Assembly (NCBI GenBank): GCA_964619465.1
Contig: CAZUES010000015.1
Location: forward strand, 29,101-93,100
Direction: 5' to 3'
Origin: an uncultured Gemmatimonas sp.
GTDB taxonomy: Bacteria > Gemmatimonadota > Gemmatimonadetes > Gemmatimonadales > GWC2-71-9
DNA length: 64,000 nt
Below, piece by piece: positions 24,266 through 33,230 of this stretch (within the stretch, counting starts at the first letter, position 1; each line of letters starts with the position of its first letter). Below the pieces are notes generated by a model. The model was not told where the DNA came from, made no database searches, and was given only the letters and a program-made list of their open reading frames with translations. Position numbers and translations under genes: made by a program.

Positions 24266-25932
24266 CGGAGCGCTGGGATCGTATCACCTCGCTGTTCAAC
24301 GCTGCCCGGACCTTGGAGGGTGCGCAGCGTGAGGCATTTCTTGCCGCCGCGGGCGCCGGCGATGACAGAGTCCGTGCGGAGGTCGAGGCGCTGCTGGCTG
24401 CGGACGTTGCCGACGATTCCTTTCTGCGGACACCACCCTGGGCCGACGTCACCCGACCGCCTCTGACGACCCTCGAGAGCGGAGTCGTCTTGAAAGGCCG
24501 CTATCAGGTCGACGCGCCGCTGGCGACCGGCGGTCAAGCCCTCGTCTACCGGGCGACCGACCAGCTGTTGGCGCGCCCCGTCGTGATCAAGGTGATGCGC
24601 GCCGAGGGACGCCGAAACCAGTGGCTGAAGTCGCGCTTCGAACGGGAGATGAAGGCGCTGGCCCTGATTGATCATTCTGGCGTGGTGGGCATCCTGGACG
24701 TGGGCGAACTGGAGGATACTTCGCCCTTCCTGGTGATTCAGTACGTCGCCGGTATGAGCCTCCGTGATGCACTCGCAGCCGGTCCCATGCCGCACGCGCG
24801 CGTTGCGCAAATCATCCCGCAGATGGCCAATGCCTTGAACGCGGCTCATGCCGCCGGTATTGCCCATCGCGACCTGAAACCGGAAAACGTGATGTTGCAC
24901 ACGCCGGATGACGGTGGTGTGACGGTGAAGCTGATCGATTTCGGCATCGCCAAGATCGAAACCGATGACATCGCTCCGAATACCACGTCGATATTGATCG
25001 CGGGGACGGTCCGCTACATGGCGCCGGAGCAGTTCGAGGGCAAACACTCGCGCGCGTCCGACATCTACTCGATGGCCCTGATCGCGTGCGAGATGCTCAG
25101 CGGTCATCCCGACCTTCGTGCTCTCCCGCGATCCACGCCGGCACGGACCCGGGCCGCGTTGGAGTCTGCGCTCGCCTACCGGCCGGAAGACCGGCCGGCC
25201 GATATCGGGCACTGGAGTGAGGCCCTCGTACGCAGCCTCAGCTCCTCTGCCTGGCGCCCGCGTAACGTTGCCGCTCTGATCGTTTTCGTGTTCGCGCTCA
25301 TCGCCGGCACGGTGGCAGTGCACCGCTGGATTCTGGCCGAAGGGGCCGTCCCTGAACGGATCGTGGAGAAGGTGGGTGCCTTCGATCCCTTGACGGAAGG
25401 GTTCGAGATCAAGCACGACGTCACCGGGCGGATCGTCTACAACTCGACCAATACCGGATACGATGCCTGGCGTATCCTCTCGCGCACGCAGGGCTATTAT
25501 TTCCGACCGTTCACGCGCGCGCAGAAGCGCCATGCGCTCGAGCGGGGCTGGAAACTCACGGCGGTGTTTCGGGTCGAGGAAGGTGGCGGCGGTGTTGGGG
25601 TCGACTTCATAGGTGTGGGCGGGAGGTTTGACGTCAGCGTGCTTCGGGAGGGTGACCATGAGATCGTGCGCCTGATAACCGAGCTCGTGCCCGACATGCG
25701 CGGGTTGGATATCACGCAATCCCCTGCTGATCAGGACCGCAGATACGAGTTGGTCTACGACCCGCATCTGCAGACCGCCGATCTCTGGATCGACGGAGTG
25801 CGGCGCCTGACCGGCTACCGAGGTCACGGGCGGTTTCAGGAGGACAACGGCCTGCTTTTCAGTAGCCACGTGTACAAGAGCAACCAGGGTTCGGCCACCT
25901 TCAAGTCCGTGCGTTTCGAGATCAATCCCTGA
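24262..25932 (+). CDS. Transmembrane serine/threonine protein kinase with an extracytoplasmic C-terminal domain
   Basis: Hanks kinase motifs are VVIKVM (Lys), HRDLKPENVML, DFGIAK and YMAPEQ. The TM helix is VAALIVFVFALIAGTVAV (about 25264..25325), followed by a roughly 200-aa external domain. The ATG overlaps the sigma factor stop (ATGA, 24262..24265). Confidence 0.9.
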   Translation: MTERWDRITSLFNAARTLEGAQREAFLAAAGAGDDRVRAEVEALLAADVADDSFLRTPPWADVTRPPLTTLESGVVLKGRYQVDAPLATGGQALVYRATDQLLARPVVIKVMRAEGRRNQWLKSRFEREMKALALIDHSGVVGILDVGELEDTSPFLVIQYVAGMSLRDALAAGPMPHARVAQIIPQMANALNAAHAAGIAHRDLKPENVMLHTPDDGGVTVKLIDFGIAKIETDDIAPNTTSILIAGTVRYMAPEQFEGKHSRASDIYSMALIACEMLSGHPDLRALPRSTPARTRAALESALAYRPEDRPADIGHWSEALVRSLSSSAWRPRNVAALIVFVFALIAGTVAVHRWILAEGAVPERIVEKVGAFDPLTEGFEIKHDVTGRIVYNSTNTGYDAWRILSRTQGYYFRPFTRAQKRHALERGWKLTAVFRVEEGGGGVGVDFIGVGGRFDVSVLREGDHEIVRLITELVPDMRGLDITQSPADQDRRYELVYDPHLQTADLWIDGVRRLTGYRGHGRFQEDNGLLFSSHVYKSNQGSATFKSVRFEINP

Positions 25933-25957
25933 TACCGTATCTGACGAAGTCCTGGAG

Positions 25958-25981
25958 CGGGACCGCCGATTTGCGGTCCCG
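25958..25981. terminator. Hairpin between convergent genes (kinase + / SusD-like -)
   Basis: CGGGACCGC-CGATTT-GCGGTCCCG forms a 9-bp stem. The flanking U-tracts are weak. Confidence 0.5.
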
Positions 25982-25995
25982 TCTGGAGGGAGAAC

Positions 25996-27285
25996 CTACC
26001 TGATGGCCAGGTTGGGGTTGTTGCGCCGCTCGATGTCGGGCAGCGGGAAACAAGTCATTGTGCCGTAGCTGCCGCCCTGCCGGAAGGGCGTGCCGGCGGC
26101 CGGACGGAACGGCAGGTTCAGTCGAATCAGATCACCCAAACGGTGGGACTCCAGGAAGAGTTCACGCCGCCGTTCCTCGAGCAGCGCCGACCGCACCGCC
26201 TCGACACTCTGGCCGCCCGAGTAGTCTGGCAGGTCCGCAGCGTCGCGCAACTGGTTGATGATGGCAATCGCCCCGATCGGATCGTTCGCCGCCAATCGTG
26301 CCTCACCGATGATGAGCCGGGCTTCGGCCCAGCGTGCGATCGGCATCGGGCTGGATGGCGTGGCGTACTTGTTCGGATAGACGAGTTGGTTCCCGTTCAG
26401 GGTTGTGAGGCCGCTGTAGGTGAGCGCTACACGCGGATCAGGGCCGCCATCGACCGACAGGTGCCAGTAGAAGGAATCGACCGCTGCGCGGCTTTCGATC
26501 CGGATCCATTGATGGAGCTGGTTGGTCGATCGCCAGTTGGCGCCGGCAAACCGGGCGTTACGGACGAACCCGGCCGGAATCCCGGCCGCATCGGTTGCCG
26601 CATCGACCGGGCGGCCGAGATTGAGGCGTGTCCGGGCGCGTCCCAACTGCGCGAAGTGTGCTAGGTCCGCATCGTTCGCGGCGGTTGCCTCCCCGATCGC
26701 CGTCGTGAACTTGGCTTCGGCAGCTGCCCAGGCAGCGGCGCGCGACAACTCCGGCCCCGCGTCGATTGCCAGGGAGCACATCCCCTCTCCCAGGAGGAGA
26801 ATGCTGTACGCTTCGTACACCGAACTTTGCGCCAGGAGCAAGGCGCGCCGAGGCACTTCGGCATCGGTCCAGCCGGTCAGCAGCTCATGGGCGCGGCTGT
26901 TGCCGAATCGGGCGGTGGACAGCGACGCATAGACGCCGATCTGCCCCCCCGCGCCTGTCGAGCACGGCGCGGTCGCGTAGGTGCCCCCAAGCTCCGTAAA
27001 GCTCCGGCGCTCGTAATCGAAGCTGTTGTTGTCGCCCCAGGCCACTTCGTCGGCAACCAGGCCGCCCGCCAGCGTGTAGTTCGAGAAGGCACAATCGAAG
27101 TCATTGATGGCACTGCGGACCAGCAGCTCCGCATTAGCCGGGGTTTCCAGATCCGAAGCAAGAACCTGGTCGACGCTGGTAACCTCGAGCAGTCCGTCGA
27201 ATATCGAACAGGCAGACAATGCGGCGGTCAGCATACAAAGCGCGGCTCCCCGACGGGACGCGGCGCGGAATCGTCGTGATGGCAT
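25996..27285 (-). CDS. RagB/SusD-family outer-membrane lipoprotein
   Basis: ORF 25996..27930, trimmed to M216 (MPSRRFRAASRRGAALCMLTAALSAC, with a lipobox). The longer ORF would overlap the SusC-like gene. The protein is 429 aa and lies immediately downstream of a SusC-like receptor. Confidence 0.75.
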   Translation of the reverse strand: MPSRRFRAASRRGAALCMLTAALSACSIFDGLLEVTSVDQVLASDLETPANAELLVRSAINDFDCAFSNYTLAGGLVADEVAWGDNNSFDYERRSFTELGGTYATAPCSTGAGGQIGVYASLSTARFGNSRAHELLTGWTDAEVPRRALLLAQSSVYEAYSILLLGEGMCSLAIDAGPELSRAAAWAAAEAKFTTAIGEATAANDADLAHFAQLGRARTRLNLGRPVDAATDAAGIPAGFVRNARFAGANWRSTNQLHQWIRIESRAAVDSFYWHLSVDGGPDPRVALTYSGLTTLNGNQLVYPNKYATPSSPMPIARWAEARLIIGEARLAANDPIGAIAIINQLRDAADLPDYSGGQSVEAVRSALLEERRRELFLESHRLGDLIRLNLPFRPAAGTPFRQGGSYGTMTCFPLPDIERRNNPNLAIR

Positions 27286-27329
27286 ATGATCTCCGATCAC
27301 CTTCGTGTGTGCGTCGTTTCGTGTGGGCA

Positions 27330-30287
27330 TCAGAACGAAAGCCGGACCGCGCCGACGACTCGGGTGAGCGGAGGCGTGTTGGCGTAGCTGGTGGCGCTGA
27401 AGACGTCCATCACCGCGATATTGGTCTCGGGGTCGATGCCGGAAAAGTCGGTCCAGGTTCCCAGGTTGTATGCGGACAGGGTGACTGAGCCACGCTCGGC
27501 GCCCAGACGACGTACCCATCGCTCGGGCAAGGTGTAGTTGGCCGAGGCTTCGCGGAGCTTGGTGTAGCTGGCGTTGGACAAGGCATAGTTGAGAGAACTC
27601 CGCATCTGCGCCCCGGCAACTTCGGTCGTCCTGAACGCGCTCGGCTCGTGCAGCTGCCGGCAGGTGCTGCTCTCGGCGCACCGCCCCGACATGTCGCCAT
27701 CGATCATCCACCGGCCTCGGCTCACCTCCACCATGGCTGAGAGGCGGAGACGGTTGAAGAGCGTCAACGTGGGTGCGAGCGATCCGGTCGTGGTCGGCAG
27801 GCTTCGCTGGTGGAAAACGGCAGGTGCGGATGCGCAGGCCGTTCCGCCGCCGCTGCCATTGTCGCAGAGCACGTTGACGGCTTGCCCGCTGGCGTCGATG
27901 TCGGCCGAGATGACCTTGGGACCGAACCATGACGCGACGGGATATCCGACCTGATGCCGTAAGTTGCCGAGCGCGATGAAGCCGTTGGGGTTGCCCACCT
28001 CGAGGACTTCGTCGTCGTTACGAGAGATGTTGGCAAGGATCTCCAGCGCCGCGGGACGAGTTTCGATCAGCTGCGCACGCACCTGCAGCTCGAAGCCGCG
28101 ATTGCGGATCTTCCCCAGGTTGGCCAGTCGGGTGCCCGGGAACCCCGAGGACGGAGCGAGTTCCTGGGCTACGATCGCATCGCGAGTGGTCTTGTGGTAC
28201 CAGGTGAAGTCGATCCCGACTCGTTCATCGAGGAGTCCGGCTTCGAAACCCGCCTCGAACTCCATGCCGCGTTCGGGCTTGAGGTCCGGGTTGCCGACGG
28301 CCGACGGTGTCACGGTCGGGTTGCCGTCGCCGCCGGTCGTGGGCAGGTAGCGTCTGAGCGCGGCAAAGGCGGCCGGCTGCTGGCCGGACTGTCCGTAGCT
28401 GGCGCGCAGCCTGAGCGTATTGAACAGGTTGGAGGGGCCGAACGGTTCATCGCTCACCACCCAGGCCAGGCCCAGCTTGGGGTATATGGCGGCATCGAAG
28501 TCCGAGCCGAAGGCGCTGTTGTCGTCGGCGCGCAGTCCGGCGGTCAGGAACAGGCGACGTTGCCAGGCAAGCTGTTGCTGCACGAAGGTCCCAACCGTGG
28601 TGTTGTTGATCACCCCGTCTTCACTTACCGAAGTTCGTGCGGTCGACGAGAGTGCCTCGAGGCCGCTGGTCGGGAAGGCGTCGCCCCGCGCGGTCTTCCG
28701 GCTCTCGATCCGTCGATACAGCTGCAGGCCGACCGAGGTCTGCGATTCGATCGACCCCAGTTGCACGGTGGCGGTGCTGGCAAAATCGACCGTTGCCGTT
28801 CTCGCGCTCCGATCCTGGATGGTCTTGCTGCCGGCCCCGAGTCCGCCGCCGAAGACGGCCAGCAACCGGTCGCCCATCCGGGGAACCAGGTTGATGTTAT
28901 TCTCGTCGATCCGGTCGATGCCGAGGTTGAGACGCTGGCTGAGCCAGGTGGTCGGCCGATGCTCGAATTGGAGTCCTCCGGTGACGCGGTCGAGTCCCTG
29001 CGAGAAGAAGAACGCTTCCTGCCAGTCGCGCGGCGCGCCGAAGGTCCAGCCGCCCCCCGGGCTGTCGGCCTGTCCTGGCTGCGCATGAATCAGCGACCAG
29101 ACCGGACCTCCGAAGCCGCCGTCGGCGGGGAAGTTCGTCAACCCGGTCAGATAGCCGACATTGGCCGTGACGCGAAGCGACGGCATCGGCGCGGCGGTCA
29201 GGTTGAGCCGCCCGCCGGTTCGCCGCATGTCGTTGGTCGGATCGACCCCTTCCTGTCGCTCGAAGTTGCCGCTCAGGAAGTACTGGAGTGCATCGGTACC
29301 TCCGCTGACATTGAGGCCGTAGGTCTGGCTGTGGCCCGTCCGAAACGGCGACCGCCCGGCGGCCTCTTCCCGTTCGACGAAGTTGACCGAAAACGGCTGG
29401 CCGGCCGCCGTGCGCCCCCAGCCGGGTCCGATCTGCTCCGCTGGGTTCGCAAACCAGCTGGCGCCTTGCGTCGTGACTGCATCCCAGACGGCACGGGGGC
29501 CACGGCGCCCGCGCTTGGTGATGATCTGGATCACGCCGTTGGCGGCTTCGGTACCGTATAGCGTGGCTGCCGAAGGGCCTTTGACGATCTCCATGCTCTC
29601 GATGTCTTCCGGATTGAAGTCGTTGAGCCGGGAGACGATCGCGACCGATCGTCCGACCGGGCCGCTCGCAGTAGTGTTATCGACGCGAACGCCGTCGACG
29701 TAGAGCAACGGCTGGTCCGTGAGTGACAGACTCGCGACACCGCGAACTTTGACGCGCGGACCGCCGCCCACCACGCCGCCAGGCTGGATTGCCACGACCC
29801 CGGCGGCGCGACCCTGAAGCAGGTCCGTGACCGAGCGAGTCGGCGCGATCTCCGAAATACTGGAGACGTCGACCGTCGATACCGAGTTGGACAGGGCCCG
29901 TCGCTCGGTGGCACCCGGCGTCCCGGTCACGATCACTTCTTCGAGATTGATGGCCGTTGCGGCCATGGCGATGCGAATGCCCTGATCTCCGACCCGGACA
30001 CGCAGGGTGATCGGCCGATAGCCGATCCGCCGCGCCGCAAGGTCCAGTTCTGGTCCAGACAAGTTGTCGAACCGGAATCGCCCGGCGCGATCGGTGACCG
30101 TCGACATCCCACCCGCAGACACGACCACATCCGACAGCGGTTGGAGAGTCTGGCCGTCGATCACGACGCCCGCAGTCGGCGCCGGTTGCGGCGCTGCGGC
30201 CCCCGGGAGTGCTGCGCCGGAAAGGCACAGCCACCCCAGGACGGTGATGGACAGGCGGAGTCGCCCCTGACCCAGTGGCGCTGACAT
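27330..30287 (-). CDS. TonB-dependent receptor, SusC/RagA type, with an N-terminal CarboxypepD_reg-like domain
   Basis: ORF 27330..30371, trimmed to MSAPLGQGRLRLSITVLGWLCLSGAALPGAAA (GGAGGG upstream). The CarboxypepD_reg segment is GVVIDGQTLQPLSDVVVSAGG...GRFRFDNL. INLEEVIVTGT leads into the plug domain, the barrel is long, and the terminal residue is aromatic (LSF). Confidence 0.88.
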   Translation of the reverse strand: MSAPLGQGRLRLSITVLGWLCLSGAALPGAAAPQPAPTAGVVIDGQTLQPLSDVVVSAGGMSTVTDRAGRFRFDNLSGPELDLAARRIGYRPITLRVRVGDQGIRIAMAATAINLEEVIVTGTPGATERRALSNSVSTVDVSSISEIAPTRSVTDLLQGRAAGVVAIQPGGVVGGGPRVKVRGVASLSLTDQPLLYVDGVRVDNTTASGPVGRSVAIVSRLNDFNPEDIESMEIVKGPSAATLYGTEAANGVIQIITKRGRRGPRAVWDAVTTQGASWFANPAEQIGPGWGRTAAGQPFSVNFVEREEAAGRSPFRTGHSQTYGLNVSGGTDALQYFLSGNFERQEGVDPTNDMRRTGGRLNLTAAPMPSLRVTANVGYLTGLTNFPADGGFGGPVWSLIHAQPGQADSPGGGWTFGAPRDWQEAFFFSQGLDRVTGGLQFEHRPTTWLSQRLNLGIDRIDENNINLVPRMGDRLLAVFGGGLGAGSKTIQDRSARTATVDFASTATVQLGSIESQTSVGLQLYRRIESRKTARGDAFPTSGLEALSSTARTSVSEDGVINNTTVGTFVQQQLAWQRRLFLTAGLRADDNSAFGSDFDAAIYPKLGLAWVVSDEPFGPSNLFNTLRLRASYGQSGQQPAAFAALRRYLPTTGGDGNPTVTPSAVGNPDLKPERGMEFEAGFEAGLLDERVGIDFTWYHKTTRDAIVAQELAPSSGFPGTRLANLGKIRNRGFELQVRAQLIETRPAALEILANISRNDDEVLEVGNPNGFIALGNLRHQVGYPVASWFGPKVISADIDASGQAVNVLCDNGSGGGTACASAPAVFHQRSLPTTTGSLAPTLTLFNRLRLSAMVEVSRGRWMIDGDMSGRCAESSTCRQLHEPSAFRTTEVAGAQMRSSLNYALSNASYTKLREASANYTLPERWVRRLGAERGSVTLSAYNLGTWTDFSGIDPETNIAVMDVFSATSYANTPPLTRVVGAVRLSF

Positions 30288-30450
30288 CGATGTTCCCTCC
30301 GGTGCGAGCAGGTGGTACGAACGGGAGATCTGCGCCGCGGACGCGGTCCGCAGTTCTGAGGAGGGATCCAATATCCGCTTCGCACCTGCTCACCGTCTTG
30401 CACGCTTTCATGGGCGGTTGGTACGGGAACCGGGTCGGCCCAACGCATTC

Positions 30451-30484
30451 GAGCCCCCGGACGCGGGCTGGCGTCCGGGGGCTC
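30451..30484 (-). terminator. Strong hairpin between the SHMT-like gene and the SusC-like gene
   Basis: GAGCCCCCGGACGC-6 nt-GCGTCCGGGGGCTC forms a 14-bp perfect stem, 21 nt downstream of the stop at 30505. The U-tract is weak (GAAUGCGUU on the sense strand). Confidence 0.55.
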
Positions 30485-30504
30485 GGGAAGCTGGAGTGAC
30501 GCCC

Positions 30505-31851
30505 CTAGGCGTCGAAGCTGTAGCGGACGAAGGGGAACTGAGCTACGAGTTCTGCCACGGATGCAGCCACCACGCTGCTCGAGCGTTGGTGGCGAACGAG
30601 CTGGCTGATCAGCTGTGCGATCCGCGCCATTTCGTGCTCCTTCATACCCTGGCGGGTTACCTCCTGGACCGAGATTCTGGTCCCCAACTCGGCCTCGCCA
30701 TCGACGCCCTTGGGCAGATTGGTTACCGGCAGCAGAATGTTCGCCGCCTCGCAGGCGAGCGCGACCGGCAGGGCGCCGTAGACCCGGAGGTCGACCAGAA
30801 CCTGGTGGGTCCGGGTAAAGCCCTGCGCAGCACCCAGCACGTCGAATCCCTCCTCTACCAGCGCGTGGGCTAGTGCCTGGGCATTGGCAACCACCTGGCG
30901 GCCGTACGCCGGGCCGTGCTGGAGCATCTCGGCAAAGGCATACGCTGTAGCCGCGTATTGGCCCTGATCATGAGTCTGGACGAAGGGAGGGAAGGTGAGC
31001 TCGAGCATCCGACGGGCAATTTCCGCGTCGTTGGTGACGCTGAGGCCGCCGATCGGTCCCCCCATGATCTTGTGTGTGCCTGTCGACATGATGTCGGCGC
31101 CCTCGGCGAGCGGGTCCTGGAACAGGCCGGCCGAGATGAGCAGACTGACGTGCGCCGCATCGTAGAGAATCCGGGTGCCGATCTCGTCGGCGAGTTGTCG
31201 CAGCTCGGCGAGCGGATAGGGAAACAGGATTTTGGTGCCGCCGATCACGAAGAACTTGGGCCGGACTCGCCGGGCAATCGGTGCCAGAGCGTCCACGTCG
31301 ATACCGAAGTGCTTCGCCTCCGGGATCGGCTCCACCTTGAGGCCACGCAGCTTCGGGATCGCCATGGCATTGTAGTTCCAGTTGGCGCCGCCCCGCATGC
31401 TCTGGGTCATGATCGTGTCGCCGGGCTCGGTCAGCGCAAACAGCGCCACCGCATTCGCCATCGTGGTACTGGTAGTCCGCCACTCGACATACTCGGCCCG
31501 GAACAGCCGGCGACAGATTGCAATCAGGATCGCTTCGATCTCGTCGATATGAGCGTCGTGACCACGGGGCCACTCCTTGGCGCCGGGGAATCCCTCGGTT
31601 GCGCGGGTTGCGATGTAGCTCGACCGGAGCGCCCGAGCGCCCAAACTGGTCGTGTTCTCCGCGGGCATCAGATTGAGGCACCGGGTTCGCCAGGTATCGT
31701 GCGTCTCGACCAGTGTCGCAATCCGGTCGGCCAGCGCGCGCGGCGAGAGCGTGCGCGTCTCCGCCTCGATGCGGCGAACCAAGGCAAGACTCTCCGATGG
31801 CATGACGCGAGCATCGGCGCCGGTCGGGCCGGAGCGAGTAACGTGACTCAT
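30505..31851 (-). CDS. Divergent serine hydroxymethyltransferase-family PLP enzyme
   Basis: ORF 30505..32028, trimmed to MSHVTRSG at 31851, which overlaps the permease stop (ATGA). SHMT-family marks are LNLMPAENTTS (compare ENYTS) and STGTHKIMGGPIGG (compare TTHKTLRGPRGG, the PLP lysine). The region corresponding to HGGHLTHG is replaced by RGGANWNYN. Confidence 0.7.
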   Translation of the reverse strand: MSHVTRSGPTGADARVMPSESLALVRRIEAETRTLSPRALADRIATLVETHDTWRTRCLNLMPAENTTSLGARALRSSYIATRATEGFPGAKEWPRGHDAHIDEIEAILIAICRRLFRAEYVEWRTTSTTMANAVALFALTEPGDTIMTQSMRGGANWNYNAMAIPKLRGLKVEPIPEAKHFGIDVDALAPIARRVRPKFFVIGGTKILFPYPLAELRQLADEIGTRILYDAAHVSLLISAGLFQDPLAEGADIMSTGTHKIMGGPIGGLSVTNDAEIARRMLELTFPPFVQTHDQGQYAATAYAFAEMLQHGPAYGRQVVANAQALAHALVEEGFDVLGAAQGFTRTHQVLVDLRVYGALPVALACEAANILLPVTNLPKGVDGEAELGTRISVQEVTRQGMKEHEMARIAQLISQLVRHQRSSSVVAASVAELVAQFPFVRYSFDA

Positions 31852-33230
31852 GACAGCGCGTCCTTCCGTCGGATGGCGGCCCGACGGGTCCAATAGAGGT
31901 AGAACGGCACGCCGGACAGCGTCAGTACAATTCCGACGGCCGACTCGAGCGGTCGCTGGATCAGCGTGTTGATCAGGTACCAGACGCTGAAGGCGGCAAA
32001 GACCAGCGGGGTGAGCGGATAACCCCACAGGCGATACGGTCGGCGAAGATCAGGCTCATGCTTGCGCAGCATCACGACAGCCCAGACGGCCAGAGCGCAG
32101 AAGAGGAAGTCGACGAAGGCGTAGTAGGTGAGGATCGTTTCGAAACTGCCGGACAACGCAAACAGCGAGGCCAGGACGCCCTGGACCAGGATGGCGTTTG
32201 CCGGCGTCCGGTAGCGTGGATGGATTCGTTCGAGCGCTTTGAAGAACAATCCGTCCTTGGACATCGCGTAATAGGTGCGCGTGCAGGACAGCAGCACGGC
32301 ATTGGCGGTGCCGAACGTCGATATCATCACCGCCAGCGCGGTCAGGCCCCCGCCCACGGGACCCAGCAGACGCTCCATGGCCAGCGCCGCCGGTCGGTTG
32401 GTCGACTGCAGATCCTCGAACGGAAGCACCCGCAGCAGCGCCAGGTTGAGCGCGAGGTAGACCACGAGAACGATGGCGATGCCGGCCAGGATCGAGAACG
32501 GCAGCGTCCGCTCAGGATTCCTCACCTCCCCGGCCACGTAGGCCGAGTAGGTCCACCCGTTATAGGCAAACAGCGCCGGAATGAGTGCGGTGCCGAATGC
32601 GGCAAGGAGACTGCCGCCCGATTGCGGCACAGCGGTCGCCGTCGCGACGGACGAGGTGGCCGGGGCGTCGAGCAGCAGGCAGACGGCAATCACCCCGGCC
32701 AGCGCCAGGAGCTTGAGGCCGGTCGCTACGTTCTGGACCGTGCCGGCCAGGCGAACGCTGAGGTAGTTGATGACGGTAAGGAAGAGGATCAGGCCGATCG
32801 CAACGGCCCGCTTCTCGCTCGGTCCGTACGGGATCACCTGCTCCAGATAGTATCCGGCATACTCGGCAAAGGCCGTCGCCACCGCTGCGATTGCTCCGGT
32901 AAACGAGGCGAAGAACATGGCCCAGCCGAAGAGAAACGCCAGCAGCCGTGAGCGATAGCCCCGCCGCAGGAAGACGTACTGTCCCCCCGTTTCCGGCACG
33001 GCCGACGCCAGCTCGGCAAAGCAGAGCGCGCCACAGGCCGCGATCAGCCCTGCGACGATCCAGACCGCCAGCGCACCCGTCGGAGAGCCGATCTCGCGAG
33101 CCACGATGGCCGGTGATATGAAGATGCCCGAGCCGATGATACCGCCGATCACGATGCTGGTTGCCCCGAGCGGGCCTAGTACCCGGGCAAGCCCGCCCTG
33201 ATCGCGTGGTGCCTCGGTCCTGTCGGTCAC
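31848..33230 (-). CDS. APC-superfamily amino acid permease
   Basis: 460 aa with about 12 hydrophobic segments and the N-terminal signature GATSIVIGGIIGSGIFISP. Confidence 0.88.
   Translation of the reverse strand: MTDRTEAPRDQGGLARVLGPLGATSIVIGGIIGSGIFISPAIVAREIGSPTGALAVWIVAGLIAACGALCFAELASAVPETGGQYVFLRRGYRSRLLAFLFGWAMFFASFTGAIAAVATAFAEYAGYYLEQVIPYGPSEKRAVAIGLILFLTVINYLSVRLAGTVQNVATGLKLLALAGVIAVCLLLDAPATSSVATATAVPQSGGSLLAAFGTALIPALFAYNGWTYSAYVAGEVRNPERTLPFSILAGIAIVLVVYLALNLALLRVLPFEDLQSTNRPAALAMERLLGPVGGGLTALAVMISTFGTANAVLLSCTRTYYAMSKDGLFFKALERIHPRYRTPANAILVQGVLASLFALSGSFETILTYYAFVDFLFCALAVWAVVMLRKHEPDLRRPYRLWGYPLTPLVFAAFSVWYLINTLIQRPLESAVGIVLTLSGVPFYLYWTRRAAIRRKDALS

Noticed and set aside
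27286-27930. N-terminal extensions of listed ORFs. Examples: 25996..27930, 39365..40993, 37801..39603, 30505..32028, 11358..11501, 40588..40680, 55315..55773, 55908..56156.
   Set aside because: The extensions are Arg/Pro-rich. They overlap the preceding real gene or a terminator, and they precede an internal Met followed by a signal peptide or the canonical family N-terminus. The genes were trimmed accordingly.
30288-30450. Possible cobalamin riboswitch upstream of the TonB-dependent receptor.
   Set aside because: I could not find a B12-box-like sequence or the characteristic multi-stem junction. Only generic helices are present, and these are reported separately at low interest.
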